Assembly (NCBI GenBank): GCA_018714285.1
Contig: DVNP01000030.1
Coordinates: forward strand, 1-16,545
Length of the DNA: 16,545 bases
Direction: 5' to 3'
Source of the DNA: Candidatus Caccomorpha excrementavium
GTDB taxonomy: Bacteria; Bacillota; Clostridia; Lachnospirales; Lachnospiraceae
Shown here: in pieces, positions 9,201 to 16,403 of the stretch
Layout: the number at the start of each line of letters is the position of its first letter
Position numbering within the stretch: the stretch's first letter is position 1
Program-made: the position numbers and the translations under genes
The notes under the pieces: generated by a model
What the model was told of the DNA's origin: nothing
Database searches by the model: none
What the model saw: only the letters and a program-made list of their open reading frames with translations

Positions 9201-10043
9201 CTATGTACGGGAACGGATCCCGTTCTCTTCAATCGTAAGCGCCCCCGTCCGGTACAGATGCCCGATTGCGCGCTTGAAGGCATTCTTGCTCATCCGGAAG
9301 CGAAGCTTAATTTCATCCGGATCCGATTTGTCGTGGAAGGGAAGAAACCCGTCCGCTTTTTTTAATTCTTCCAGAATCAGAGCGCAGTCCGAATCAATCT
9401 GAACCCAGGTCTTCTCGCGAAGGCTTAAGTCAAGCTTGCCGTCCGGATGGACTTTGGTAACGCGGGCTTCTACCGTATCTCCGCAATGGAGCGGCCTGGT
9501 CATCTCGCGCATGGGGATGAGGGCGGAATAGCATTGATCCACTGCGACGAACGCCCCGAAGGGTTCCGTAATCTCATAGATGATTCCCGTTACATGATCG
9601 TCCTTGTGATAGGGAGAGCGGGTCTTCAGCTTCCCGTACAGTCTGGCGGTTGCGCACAGACGCCCGGTCTTGTCGATATAGAGGCTGACCAGAACCCGCT
9701 CGCCTGCTTTGACCGGGACCTGCTGTTCCCGGAATGGGAGCAGCAGATCCTTGGCAAGCCCCCAGTCAAGGAACGCGCCGATCGAAGAGACCTCCTTGAC
9801 TGTCAGTACCGCAAGCTGGTTCAGCTCGATAAGCGGTCTGGCGGTTGTGGCAATCAGACGATCTTCAGAATCCTTATAGATGAATACGGTTATAAAGTCG
9901 CCGATCCGGGCGTTCTTCGGAACCTGGTTCTTCGGCAGCAGGACACGATCCGGCGTATCCTTGTCGAGCCGTTCGCTTAAATAGACTCCGAATTCCGTAG
10001 TCTTGATAATGATTAAATCCTGTGTTTTACCTAACTGTATCAT
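9201..10043 (-). CDS. cvfB: CvfB/YitL-family S1 domain RNA-binding protein
   Basis: Repeated S1-like segments (GDFITVFIY, LTVKEVSSIGAFLDWGLAKDLLLP, VTGIIYEITEPFGAFVAV, GDTVEARVTKVHPDGKLDLSL). I chose ATG at 10043 (MIQLGK), which has a GGAG SD inside the upstream gene, over the track's TTG at 10094. Confidence 0.75.
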   Translation of the reverse strand: MIQLGKTQDLIIIKTTEFGVYLSERLDKDTPDRVLLPKNQVPKNARIGDFITVFIYKDSEDRLIATTARPLIELNQLAVLTVKEVSSIGAFLDWGLAKDLLLPFREQQVPVKAGERVLVSLYIDKTGRLCATARLYGKLKTRSPYHKDDHVTGIIYEITEPFGAFVAVDQCYSALIPMREMTRPLHCGDTVEARVTKVHPDGKLDLSLREKTWVQIDSDCALILEELKKADGFLPFHDKSDPDEIKLRFRMSKNAFKRAIGHLYRTGALTIEENGIRSRT

Positions 10044-10782
10044 AGTCTTCTCCATTCTGTCCGGACTGTTCGGGAATACGGTCCAGGAATTCAATAATGC
10101 TGTAAGGTTTTCCGTCCGCGTCTGCCAGAGATATAATCTGCCGGTTCCCGTCCCGGTACAGTCTCGGATAAATGGAATCGCCGAGCAGAGCGGACTTGCG
10201 ATACTCGGCGCGCAGCTGGCGGATCGGATACCCTTCTGGAAGATAATTCTCTGCCATGCGGATATACTGGCTGTTATTTACATGGTTATTAGAGTCAAGA
10301 CTGGAACGGGGAACGGTAAAGGCGTCGTATTCGACATATTCCTTTGGCAGCGCGATTTTCCTCGGCGCATAGTCCATGGGATAAGGCGGCTCCATGGGAT
10401 ATACGGCAATCTCTTCCGGCGATATCTTCGCGGGACGGCCATGCTCCGTATCCATCAGAACCCAGATCGAATTCGCGACGGCAGCCATGCTCCCGTCCTC
10501 GTTCTTAATGATAAAATTCCTGTATCCGTACATGCTTTTAAAGTCATAGGCCCAGGTGCCGATCGTGATGCGTTCTCCAAGCTCCGGAAATCTGTAAATC
10601 AATATCTGCCATGCATTCATCAGCCAGATCCGGTGCCGGCCGGCGAGCCACTGAATCCCCGCGCCCAGATCCTCGGACTGAAAGGTGGAACAGTCCTGAA
10701 AGTAATTGATGATAGAAGCGGTATCAAGCGACAAGCTGCGGTTCACCTCGCTGTATCGGACTCTGCTGTCAAAACTGTACAT
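10027..10782 (-). CDS. Acyl-[acyl-carrier-protein] thioesterase (FatA/FatB-like, PF01643-type)
   Basis: The N terminus YSEVNRSLSLDTASIINYFQDCSTFQSEDLG and the hallmark DSNNHVNNSQY (D-x-N-x-HVNN) are present. Its stop overlaps the cvfB start by 17 nt. Confidence 0.8.
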   Translation of the reverse strand: MYSFDSRVRYSEVNRSLSLDTASIINYFQDCSTFQSEDLGAGIQWLAGRHRIWLMNAWQILIYRFPELGERITIGTWAYDFKSMYGYRNFIIKNEDGSMAAVANSIWVLMDTEHGRPAKISPEEIAVYPMEPPYPMDYAPRKIALPKEYVEYDAFTVPRSSLDSNNHVNNSQYIRMAENYLPEGYPIRQLRAEYRKSALLGDSIYPRLYRDGNRQIISLADADGKPYSIIEFLDRIPEQSGQNGEDYDTVR

Positions 10783-10819
10783 ATATTATAATCCTGCCTT
10801 TCTCATAATCATCTCTTGA

Positions 10820-10851
10820 ATTATACCATGTTCGTTTCTGATAATACAGTA
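10820..10851 (-). promoter_or_regulatory. Putative promoter for the thioesterase-cvfB operon (extended -10 TGgTATAAT)
   Basis: On the minus strand, CATGGTATAAT lies about 38 nt upstream of the ATG. The -35 region is weak. Confidence 0.35.
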
Positions 10852-10870
10852 TAAATCTTAAAATTAACAG

Positions 10871-10899
10871 TAGAAATCCATATATAAGTCTGCTATAAT
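10871..10899 (+). promoter_or_regulatory. Putative promoter for the MTase-CPBP-GNAT cluster (extended -10 TGcTATAAT)
   Basis: TG 10891-10892 followed by TATAAT 10894-10899. A weak -35 TAGAAA lies 17 nt upstream. Confidence 0.4.
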
Positions 10900-10927
10900 A
10901 GGCGTATTGGAAGGAGGATATCGAAAA

Positions 10928-11518
10928 TTGGATTCGACAGACTATTACAGTAAGAATGCAAAGGAATATTTTGCATCAACCGTGGATCTGGATCTGAGTG
11001 AGCAGATGGCCAGATTTATTGAAGAGGTCAAAGAGGGGGGATCAGTCCTGGATCTGGGCTGTGGATCCGGGCGCGACAGTCTTGCGCTGTCAGAGCATGG
11101 ATTCGATGTAACGCCGCTGGACGGAAGCGAGGAGATGTGCCGGCTTGCCGAAGCGCATACCGGTCTTGACGTCCTGCATATGCGGTTTAATGAGATTGAT
11201 TTTGATGAAGCATTTGACGGTATCTGGGCCTGCGCGTCCCTGGTTCATGTGGAAGAGAAGGATATGCCGGATATCTATAATAGATTGATTAAGAGCCTTG
11301 TTCCGGGCGGGGTTCTGTATATGTCCTATAAGCACGGAAGCTTTAAGGGAATCCGGAACGGACGGTATTTCTGTGATTTTACCTGGACGGAGCTGAAGCA
11401 TAAGCTTGAGGCATTCCCGAAGCTGGAAGTGATTGACAGCTGGAAGAGTTACGATGTGAGAAGGGGGCGTTCGGGAGAGAGGTGGCTGAACGTTCTTTGC
11501 AGGAAAGCAGAAGAATAG
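10928..11518 (+). CDS. Class I SAM-dependent methyltransferase
   Basis: Motif I VLDLGCGSGRDS, post-I DGSEEM and later Rossmann motifs are present. I chose TTG 10928, 9 nt after AGGAGGA, over the track's TTG 10907, which overlaps the SD. Confidence 0.75.
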   Translation: MDSTDYYSKNAKEYFASTVDLDLSEQMARFIEEVKEGGSVLDLGCGSGRDSLALSEHGFDVTPLDGSEEMCRLAEAHTGLDVLHMRFNEIDFDEAFDGIWACASLVHVEEKDMPDIYNRLIKSLVPGGVLYMSYKHGSFKGIRNGRYFCDFTWTELKHKLEAFPKLEVIDSWKSYDVRRGRSGERWLNVLCRKAEE

Positions 11519-11529
11519 GAAGTGATGGA

Positions 11530-12576
11530 ATGGATCGAATTAAAGGGGTGAACCGGGTATTTCTGGCGACTGTACTGATTAGCTGCATCGCGCCGTATCT
11601 TGGCATCTCGGCGCTGACGGATAATTATCTGATACTTCTTCTGGCATCCCAGCTGCTGCTGATTCTTCCGGCAGCCGTGTATCTGATTCTTCAAAAGCAG
11701 AGCTACCGGGAAGCGGTCAGGCTGAACAAGCTCAGAATCTCAACAATTATCCTGCTGATTCTTCTGACGATTCTGATTATGCCGCTGATGACATTTGTGA
11801 ACGCATTGTCCATGGTATTTGCGGAGAACACGACTACGGCATATATGCAGGAGCTGACGGGCCAGAATTCCATGCTGATCAGTCTGATTGGAGTGGCGCT
11901 TGTGCCTGCCGTACTGGAGGAATCCGTGTACCGCGGAATCTTTTATAATGAATACAGAAAATACCGGCCGGCAGCGGCCATCTTCTTAAGCGCGCTGCTG
12001 TTCGCCCTGCTGCACGGGAATCTGAATCAGTTTACCTATGCGTTCGTGATGGGGATTATATTCGCGCTGGTAATCGAGGCGACGAATTCGATTGCTTCTA
12101 CCATGATAATGCATTTTATTATTAATGCGAATTCGATTCTTCTGATGTATGCCTATCCGAGGCTTTTATGGTATCTGGAGGGACTGTATAAGAATGCGGG
12201 GCTGACCGGCGATACGGAGCTTGCCGCGCAGCTGGAGGCAATGTTCGGAGACGGGTTCACGATAGAGGCGCTGCTTGAAGGGTCTAAGCAGGCGATCAAC
12301 AGCATGGGGGTTCTTGATGTGGTGCAGGCATACGGTATGTCTGCGGTTGTGTGCACAGTTCTTGCTTTCATCGTATATCGGGCGATTGCGATTAACAACG
12401 GAAGGTGGAAGGCTGTCCGGGATATCTTCCGTAAAAAACAGCCGGAGAGTGAAGAGCCGCATATCCGTTATTCGCTCGATCCGGAAAAGCCGAAGAAAGT
12501 AAGGCTTGGTACGCCCGCGCTCTATCTGGGAGCGGCGATCATGGCAGTCGGAATGATAGCGGCGGAATTGTTATAG
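11530..12576 (+). CDS. CPBP-family intramembrane metalloprotease (CAAX protease / Abi, PF02517)
   Basis: A polytopic membrane protein with the three signature motifs EESVYRG (EExxxR), FALLHG (FxxxH) and HFIINAN (HxxxN). Start ATG 11530 has an AGGAAG SD 7 nt upstream, and the SD overlaps the MTase stop. Confidence 0.8.
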   Translation: MDRIKGVNRVFLATVLISCIAPYLGISALTDNYLILLLASQLLLILPAAVYLILQKQSYREAVRLNKLRISTIILLILLTILIMPLMTFVNALSMVFAENTTTAYMQELTGQNSMLISLIGVALVPAVLEESVYRGIFYNEYRKYRPAAAIFLSALLFALLHGNLNQFTYAFVMGIIFALVIEATNSIASTMIMHFIINANSILLMYAYPRLLWYLEGLYKNAGLTGDTELAAQLEAMFGDGFTIEALLEGSKQAINSMGVLDVVQAYGMSAVVCTVLAFIVYRAIAINNGRWKAVRDIFRKKQPESEEPHIRYSLDPEKPKKVRLGTPALYLGAAIMAVGMIAAELL

Positions 12577-12617
12577 AACAGGAATTGTATACGATTGTGA
12601 ATCTGGAGAATAATGGA

Positions 12618-13211
12618 ATGGTAATCAGAGAATATTCAAAGAGTGATGAACCGGAATGGCTGAAGTGTCGGGTTCTTTCGTTTTTGGACTGTTCTTATTA
12701 CAATGATGTGTTGACGCACAGGGAAATTTATGAGAACGATTCCGTTTGCCTTGTGGCGGAAGAAGATGGAAAAATTATTGGATTGATTGATGCTGAGATA
12801 GAAAAGGAAGCCGGGAGTTTATGTGTAGCAGGTACGCAAAGAGGAGCTGTAATCTGGCATCTGGCAGTGCTTCCGGAATATCGCAGAAATCATGTCGCTG
12901 CTTCTCTGTGGGATGAAGTTAAAAAGCGGCTTATAATGAAAGAAATCAGATATTGTGAAGTATGGACGCAGGAAGATGAAGCGGCCAATCGCTGGTATTT
13001 GGCGCAGGGATTTTACAATATCAGAGAACGGAACTGGCTGCGCTGCTATGCGCAGCCTTCAAAAGCAGACTGGTTTCTGAATCGAAAGAATATCGGCGAA
13101 ATATATGGTGTTGAAGAAATGATATTTGAGGTAACACCTTCACGACGCATGGAAGTTGCCGAATACTGTTATAGAATCGATGAGGTCAGATTGTATGCAA
13201 GGGAACTGTAA
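12618..13211 (+). CDS. GNAT-family N-acetyltransferase
   Basis: The acetyl-CoA binding core is visible (HLAVLPEYRRNHVAASLWDEV; Q/R-x-x-G-x-A-like). ATG 12618 has a GGAGAA SD 7 nt upstream. The gene is visibly more AT-rich than its neighbours. Confidence 0.7.
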   Translation: MVIREYSKSDEPEWLKCRVLSFLDCSYYNDVLTHREIYENDSVCLVAEEDGKIIGLIDAEIEKEAGSLCVAGTQRGAVIWHLAVLPEYRRNHVAASLWDEVKKRLIMKEIRYCEVWTQEDEAANRWYLAQGFYNIRERNWLRCYAQPSKADWFLNRKNIGEIYGVEEMIFEVTPSRRMEVAEYCYRIDEVRLYAREL

Positions 13212-13267
13212 TCGGTTCCGGACTATATCTGCCGGCTGATTCCGGTTTGGGCCTTTTAGCAAAATTT

Positions 13268-13313
13268 CAGGAGACGGTGTGAACCGTTTGGTCACACCGT
13301 CTCCTGTTTATAT
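13268..13313. terminator. Bidirectional rho-independent terminator between the convergent GNAT and SPFH genes
   Basis: A perfect 15-bp inverted repeat, CAGGAGACGGTGTGA with loop ACCGTTTGG then TCACACCGTCTCCTG. It is flanked by AAAATTT on one side and TTTATAT on the other. Confidence 0.85.
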
Positions 13314-13327
13314 CTGTCTATTGGCAA

Positions 13328-14302
13328 TCATACCAGCTTCTGGCCGCAGTTCGGACAGAAATTGGCGCCCTCAGTTTTGGTGCCGCAGTTCGGGCAGAAG
13401 TTCGGCTTCGCGCCTGCTGCGGTGCCGGACGGCGTACTCTGGCTGTTCGGCGTCTGAGTATTCTGAGTGTTCTGCATCATCTGATTCGCCAGATTCATTC
13501 CCATCATCATGCCTGCCATATCCGCGGCCGTACTGCCTCCGGCATTCTTTCCCTGAGCCATTGCGTCGGTCATGGAGACCTGCTGATAGCGGCCAAGATC
13601 GCCGATCATGCTGTGAGAAGCCGTTTTGTTAATCATATCCTGAATTTCCTTCGGATACGAGAAGCTCATGATATTAAAATTGCCGATGGTCAGACCGTCC
13701 GGTTCAATCTGCGCATCCAGATCGGCACGGATGCCGTTCGCAATATCAAAGGAGTTAGCCTGGAGGTTGAACATATCCTTGCCTTCCTTGCTGATCCACT
13801 TCATGAGCAGCTGATCCAGAACGGCGGATATGCGAACCTGGACATTCTCGACCAGATAGCTGTCCTTGATTCCCGCGATCTTGTCGATCAGGCGGATGTA
13901 GTCGCTGACGCGGAAGGTGTAGGTTCCGTACGAACGGATCGGCATTCCGCCGGGAAGGCCGGGCGCCGGAATGTTAATGGCGTTGCCGGTTCCCCATTTG
14001 ACAACGAATTCCTTGGTATTCACAAAGAGAACCTCGGCGCGCATGCCGGAGTTGAAGCCGAACTTAAAGCCCTTCAGAGTGGAGAGGAACGGAATGATCT
14101 CGGATTCAATGTCAAAATCACCGTCTTCCGTGAACACGCCCTCTATCTGGCCGTTGTACAGAAAAATTGCATCCTGTCCGGGACGCAGTATCAGGCGGCT
14201 GCCTTTTTTGATCTCGGTATTATGCCATTTCCAGAAGATCATATCCTCCCTGAATTCTTCCCATTCCACAACGTTGGCAAACTGCTTTGAAAATAAGCCC
14301 AT
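13328..14302 (-). CDS. SPFH/Band-7 superfamily protein (PF13421-like, YdjI-type) with a Met/Gln/Asn-rich linker and a C-terminal tandem zinc ribbon
   Basis: A 324-aa protein. The C terminus reads NFCPNCGTKTEGANFCPNCGQKLV, i.e. two CPNCG zinc-ribbon units. A low-complexity linker MAGMMMGMNLANQMMQNTQNTQTPNSQ precedes it. A strong SD AAGGAGGA lies 6 nt before the ATG. Confidence 0.65.
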   Translation of the reverse strand: MGLFSKQFANVVEWEEFREDMIFWKWHNTEIKKGSRLILRPGQDAIFLYNGQIEGVFTEDGDFDIESEIIPFLSTLKGFKFGFNSGMRAEVLFVNTKEFVVKWGTGNAINIPAPGLPGGMPIRSYGTYTFRVSDYIRLIDKIAGIKDSYLVENVQVRISAVLDQLLMKWISKEGKDMFNLQANSFDIANGIRADLDAQIEPDGLTIGNFNIMSFSYPKEIQDMINKTASHSMIGDLGRYQQVSMTDAMAQGKNAGGSTAADMAGMMMGMNLANQMMQNTQNTQTPNSQSTPSGTAAGAKPNFCPNCGTKTEGANFCPNCGQKLV

Positions 14303-14353
14303 ATTGATTCCTCCTTAAATAAATAATAACTTCTCGGAATCTTCAGCCCTGAT

Positions 14354-14382
14354 TTTATAAGGCTTTCAGACCCCTATCTCAA
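14354..14382 (-). promoter_or_regulatory. Near-consensus promoter for the SPFH gene (TTGAGA-N17-TATAAA)
   Basis: On the minus strand, TTGAGA is the reverse complement of 14377-14382 and TATAAA the reverse complement of 14354-14359, with an exact 17-nt spacer. It lies about 30 bp from the IS left end. Confidence 0.5.
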
Positions 14383-14402
14383 AAAATCACCCACTTTTTT
14401 TC

Positions 14403-14410
14403 AAAAATCG
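14403..14410. repeat. Left copy of the 8-bp target-site duplication (AAAAATCG)
   Basis: It matches 16134-16141 (AAAAATCA) at 7 of 8 positions, and both copies lie immediately outside the terminal IRs. Confidence 0.6.
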
Positions 14411-14432
14411 GGTTCTTTCCAAAGTTAGTTGA
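14411..14432. repeat. IRL of the ISL3 element
   Basis: A 22-of-22 match to the reverse complement of 16112-16133. Confidence 0.85.
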
Positions 14433-14504
14433 ATTATAGTGTATTTTTTCTCCACCTATGGTATATTAAAGGAAGTGAATCATTGCCAGAAAGTGGGGAC
14501 CAAA

Positions 14505-16119
14505 ATGGAAGAATTCGTTAGACTGTTGGATGAGCGCCTGGATTATATCCGGCATGAAATTGTTGGTGATACTGTATATATTTATGTGGAATCCAACCGG
14601 GAAGAACCGGTCTGCCCATACTGCGGCACGCCGTCCACCCGAAAGCATAGTGTTTACGAACGCAGTTTCCAGGACCTTCCCATTATGGGGAAGAAAACAA
14701 AGATCATTCTGGAAAACAGAAAAATGTTCTGTGTGAATCCGGACTGCCCGCATACAACATTTGCGGAAACCTTTGATTTCCTTCCGCCGAAGGGAAAGAA
14801 AAGCAGACGGCTGTTAGATAAGATTGTAGACATATCATTGAATGTCAGTTCCCTGGCAGCGGCGGAACTGTTGAAAGACGGGATTGCGGATGTGGGAAAA
14901 AGTACCATCTGCAATCTCTTAAAAAAAAGATACACTCCTGCCGCAAAAGGAAATGGTGACAAAGGTATGCGTAGATGATTTTGCCATCCGCAAAAGGCAC
15001 ACTTATGGGACAATCATGGTTGATATGGAAAGCAGAAGGGTGATCGACCTCCTTCCATCAAGGGAAATCGAAGATGTTGTTGAATGGCTGAAAACTTATC
15101 CGAATCTCAGCATTGTATCAAGGGATGGCTCTGTCTCCTACCATTCCGCAATCAGCCAGGCGAATACTGCCATTGTGCAGGTCAGTGACCGTTTCCATCT
15201 GTTAAAAGGATTTACAGACGCGGCGAAAAAGTTTCTGACCCGATTTTTATCTGCGAACTTCTGTCTTCCCCAAGAAGCGTCCCATTATGCCGGGACAGCA
15301 ACCGCGGATTATTGGAGCAAAGAAGGGAAAGAAGATTTCCCCACAAAAGAACATAAGCAGACATTGGAAAGAAAGACAGCCCTTGTAAAAAAAGTACGGG
15401 AATTAAAGGAAGAAGGATGGAATAACGGGGAGATTGCGGAGCGGACAGGCATCGGCCGGCAGACAGTTGCCAAATACCTGAAACCCGGATATAACCCGGT
15501 GAATGCATTGTATAATACAACCTACCCAAGTAAAATCAAGCCTTATGTGGAAGATATCAAGGGCTTGCTTTCCGAAGGGAAAACCTTCCGCCAGATCAGT
15601 TCTTATATCCGTGAGAAAGGTTACAGGGGCGCGGATTCAACCATCCGTATGTATGCAACACGGGAGCGGAAACTGCTGAAAGAAGCAGGAGACGGCAGGG
15701 GAGAAAAAATAGAACGCCGCTGGCTGATAAAACTGCTGTATAAACCGGTTGACCAGGTAAAGGGGATCAGCCAGAAGCAGTTGGATCAGGTGATCGAGCA
15801 ATATCCTGTTATTGGGAAAGTGTATGACGCGGGGAAAAGCTTTAAGGAGACACTGTTTGCCCGAAAGCCAGAGGATCTGGAAGCGTGGATGGAAGAATGC
15901 CAGTTGCTGGGGATAGAAGAACTGGATAGTTTTGTGAATGGGATCCAAAGGGATAAAGACGCGGTGAAAAACACGATACAATTCGACTATAATAATGGTC
16001 TTGCAGAGGGGAGCGTAAACAAGCTGAAGGTTGTAAAGAGGATTATGTATGGCCGCAACAGTTTTGAACTATTAAAGTCTAAACTGTTACGGCTTGAATT
16101 AAAGCGAAAAATCAACTAA
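14505..16119 (+). pseudogene. ISL3-family transposase split into two ORFs (14439/14505-14978 and 14953-16119) by a +1 frameshift in an A8 tract near 14919-14928
   Basis: ORF B is in the +1 frame relative to ORF A. Removing one A from the A8 run joins ...STICNLLKK to DTLLPQKEMVTKVCVDDFAIRKRH..., giving a continuous ISL3-like protein of about 538 aa. The frame-B reading opens immediately after the TAA embedded in cTTAAAAAAAAg. Confidence 0.7.
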
Positions 16120-16133
16120 CTTTGGAAAGAACC
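16112..16133. repeat. IRR of the ISL3 element
   Basis: The reverse complement of 14411-14432. It contains the transposase stop codon TAA at 16117-16119. Confidence 0.85.
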
Positions 16134-16141
16134 AAAAATCA
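16134..16141. repeat. Right copy of the target-site duplication (AAAAATCA)
   Basis: It matches 14403-14410 at 7 of 8 positions. Confidence 0.6.
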
Positions 16142-16166
16142 CTTGACAATATAGGGAGGTTTTGAT

Positions 16167-16403
16167 ATGGCAGTAAGTTATAAAAAACAGTTTCATCTGA
16201 TGATTAAAGAAAACATTAGCAATGCACAACTAATGTGCAACGCCAGAATCTCTGCAAATATTATTACAAAACTGAAAGACGGCCAATACATTGCCTTAGA
16301 TAAAGTGGAGAGTATTTGTGCCGCACTGAACTGTACTCCAAATGATATATTAGAATTTTTGCCTACAGAATCATCCATGAGAGGAGGGATAAACGATGTT
16401 TAA
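16167..16403 (+). CDS. XRE-family (Cro/CI-type) helix-turn-helix transcriptional regulator, 78 aa
   Basis: A typical HTH_XRE core, MIKENISNAQLMCNARISANIITKLKDGQYIALDKVESICAALNCTPNDILEF. A strong SD AGGGAGG lies 7 nt before the ATG. Base composition is AT-rich (about 36% GC). Confidence 0.75.
   Translation: MAVSYKKQFHLMIKENISNAQLMCNARISANIITKLKDGQYIALDKVESICAALNCTPNDILEFLPTESSMRGGINDV

Larger units (their letters stand above)
14411..16133 (+). mobile_element. ISL3-family insertion sequence (about 1723 bp) with a frameshifted transposase
   Basis: Perfect 22-bp terminal inverted repeats (14411-14432 GGTTCTTTCCAAAGTTAGTTGA and its reverse complement at 16112-16133). There is an 8-bp AT-rich flanking direct repeat. 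The encoded protein has the ISL3 hallmarks: an N-terminal zinc finger (CPYCG ... CVNPDCP) and the DDE-region motif VDDFAIRKRHTYGTIMVDMESRRVIDLLPSRE. The transposase stop codon lies inside the IRR. Confidence 0.85.

Noticed and set aside
8726-9283. A 185-aa minus-strand ORF antisense to comFC
   Set aside because: It is embedded in the ComF coding frame and has no independent support.
9447-9980. A 177-aa plus-strand ORF antisense to cvfB, and the 262-aa plus ORF 10003-10791 antisense to the thioesterase
   Set aside because: The minus-strand products carry clear family motifs (S1 domains, and the D-x-N-x-HVNN thioesterase hallmark). The plus frames have none.
10928-12576. An analogy to eukaryotic CAAX processing (Rce1 protease plus Icmt methyltransferase), suggested by the MTase-CPBP adjacency
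   Set aside because: The methyltransferase is a soluble class I Rossmann-fold enzyme, not a membrane-embedded ICMT-type enzyme. The resemblance is superficial.
13279-13632. A 117-aa plus ORF spanning the bidirectional terminator and the zinc-ribbon end of the SPFH gene (and the 225-aa plus ORF 13613-14290)
   Set aside because: They overlap a terminator hairpin and the SPFH coding region. Their translations are Ser/Arg/Cys-rich junk and they lack an SD.
16143-16166. TTGACA immediately outside the IS right end, considered as an IS-generated hybrid or outward promoter for the XRE gene
   Set aside because: There is no acceptable -10 hexamer at 16-18 nt spacing, as the position falls on the SD/ATG. 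The hexamer belongs to the original target sequence rather than to the IS, so a hybrid promoter is unsupported.
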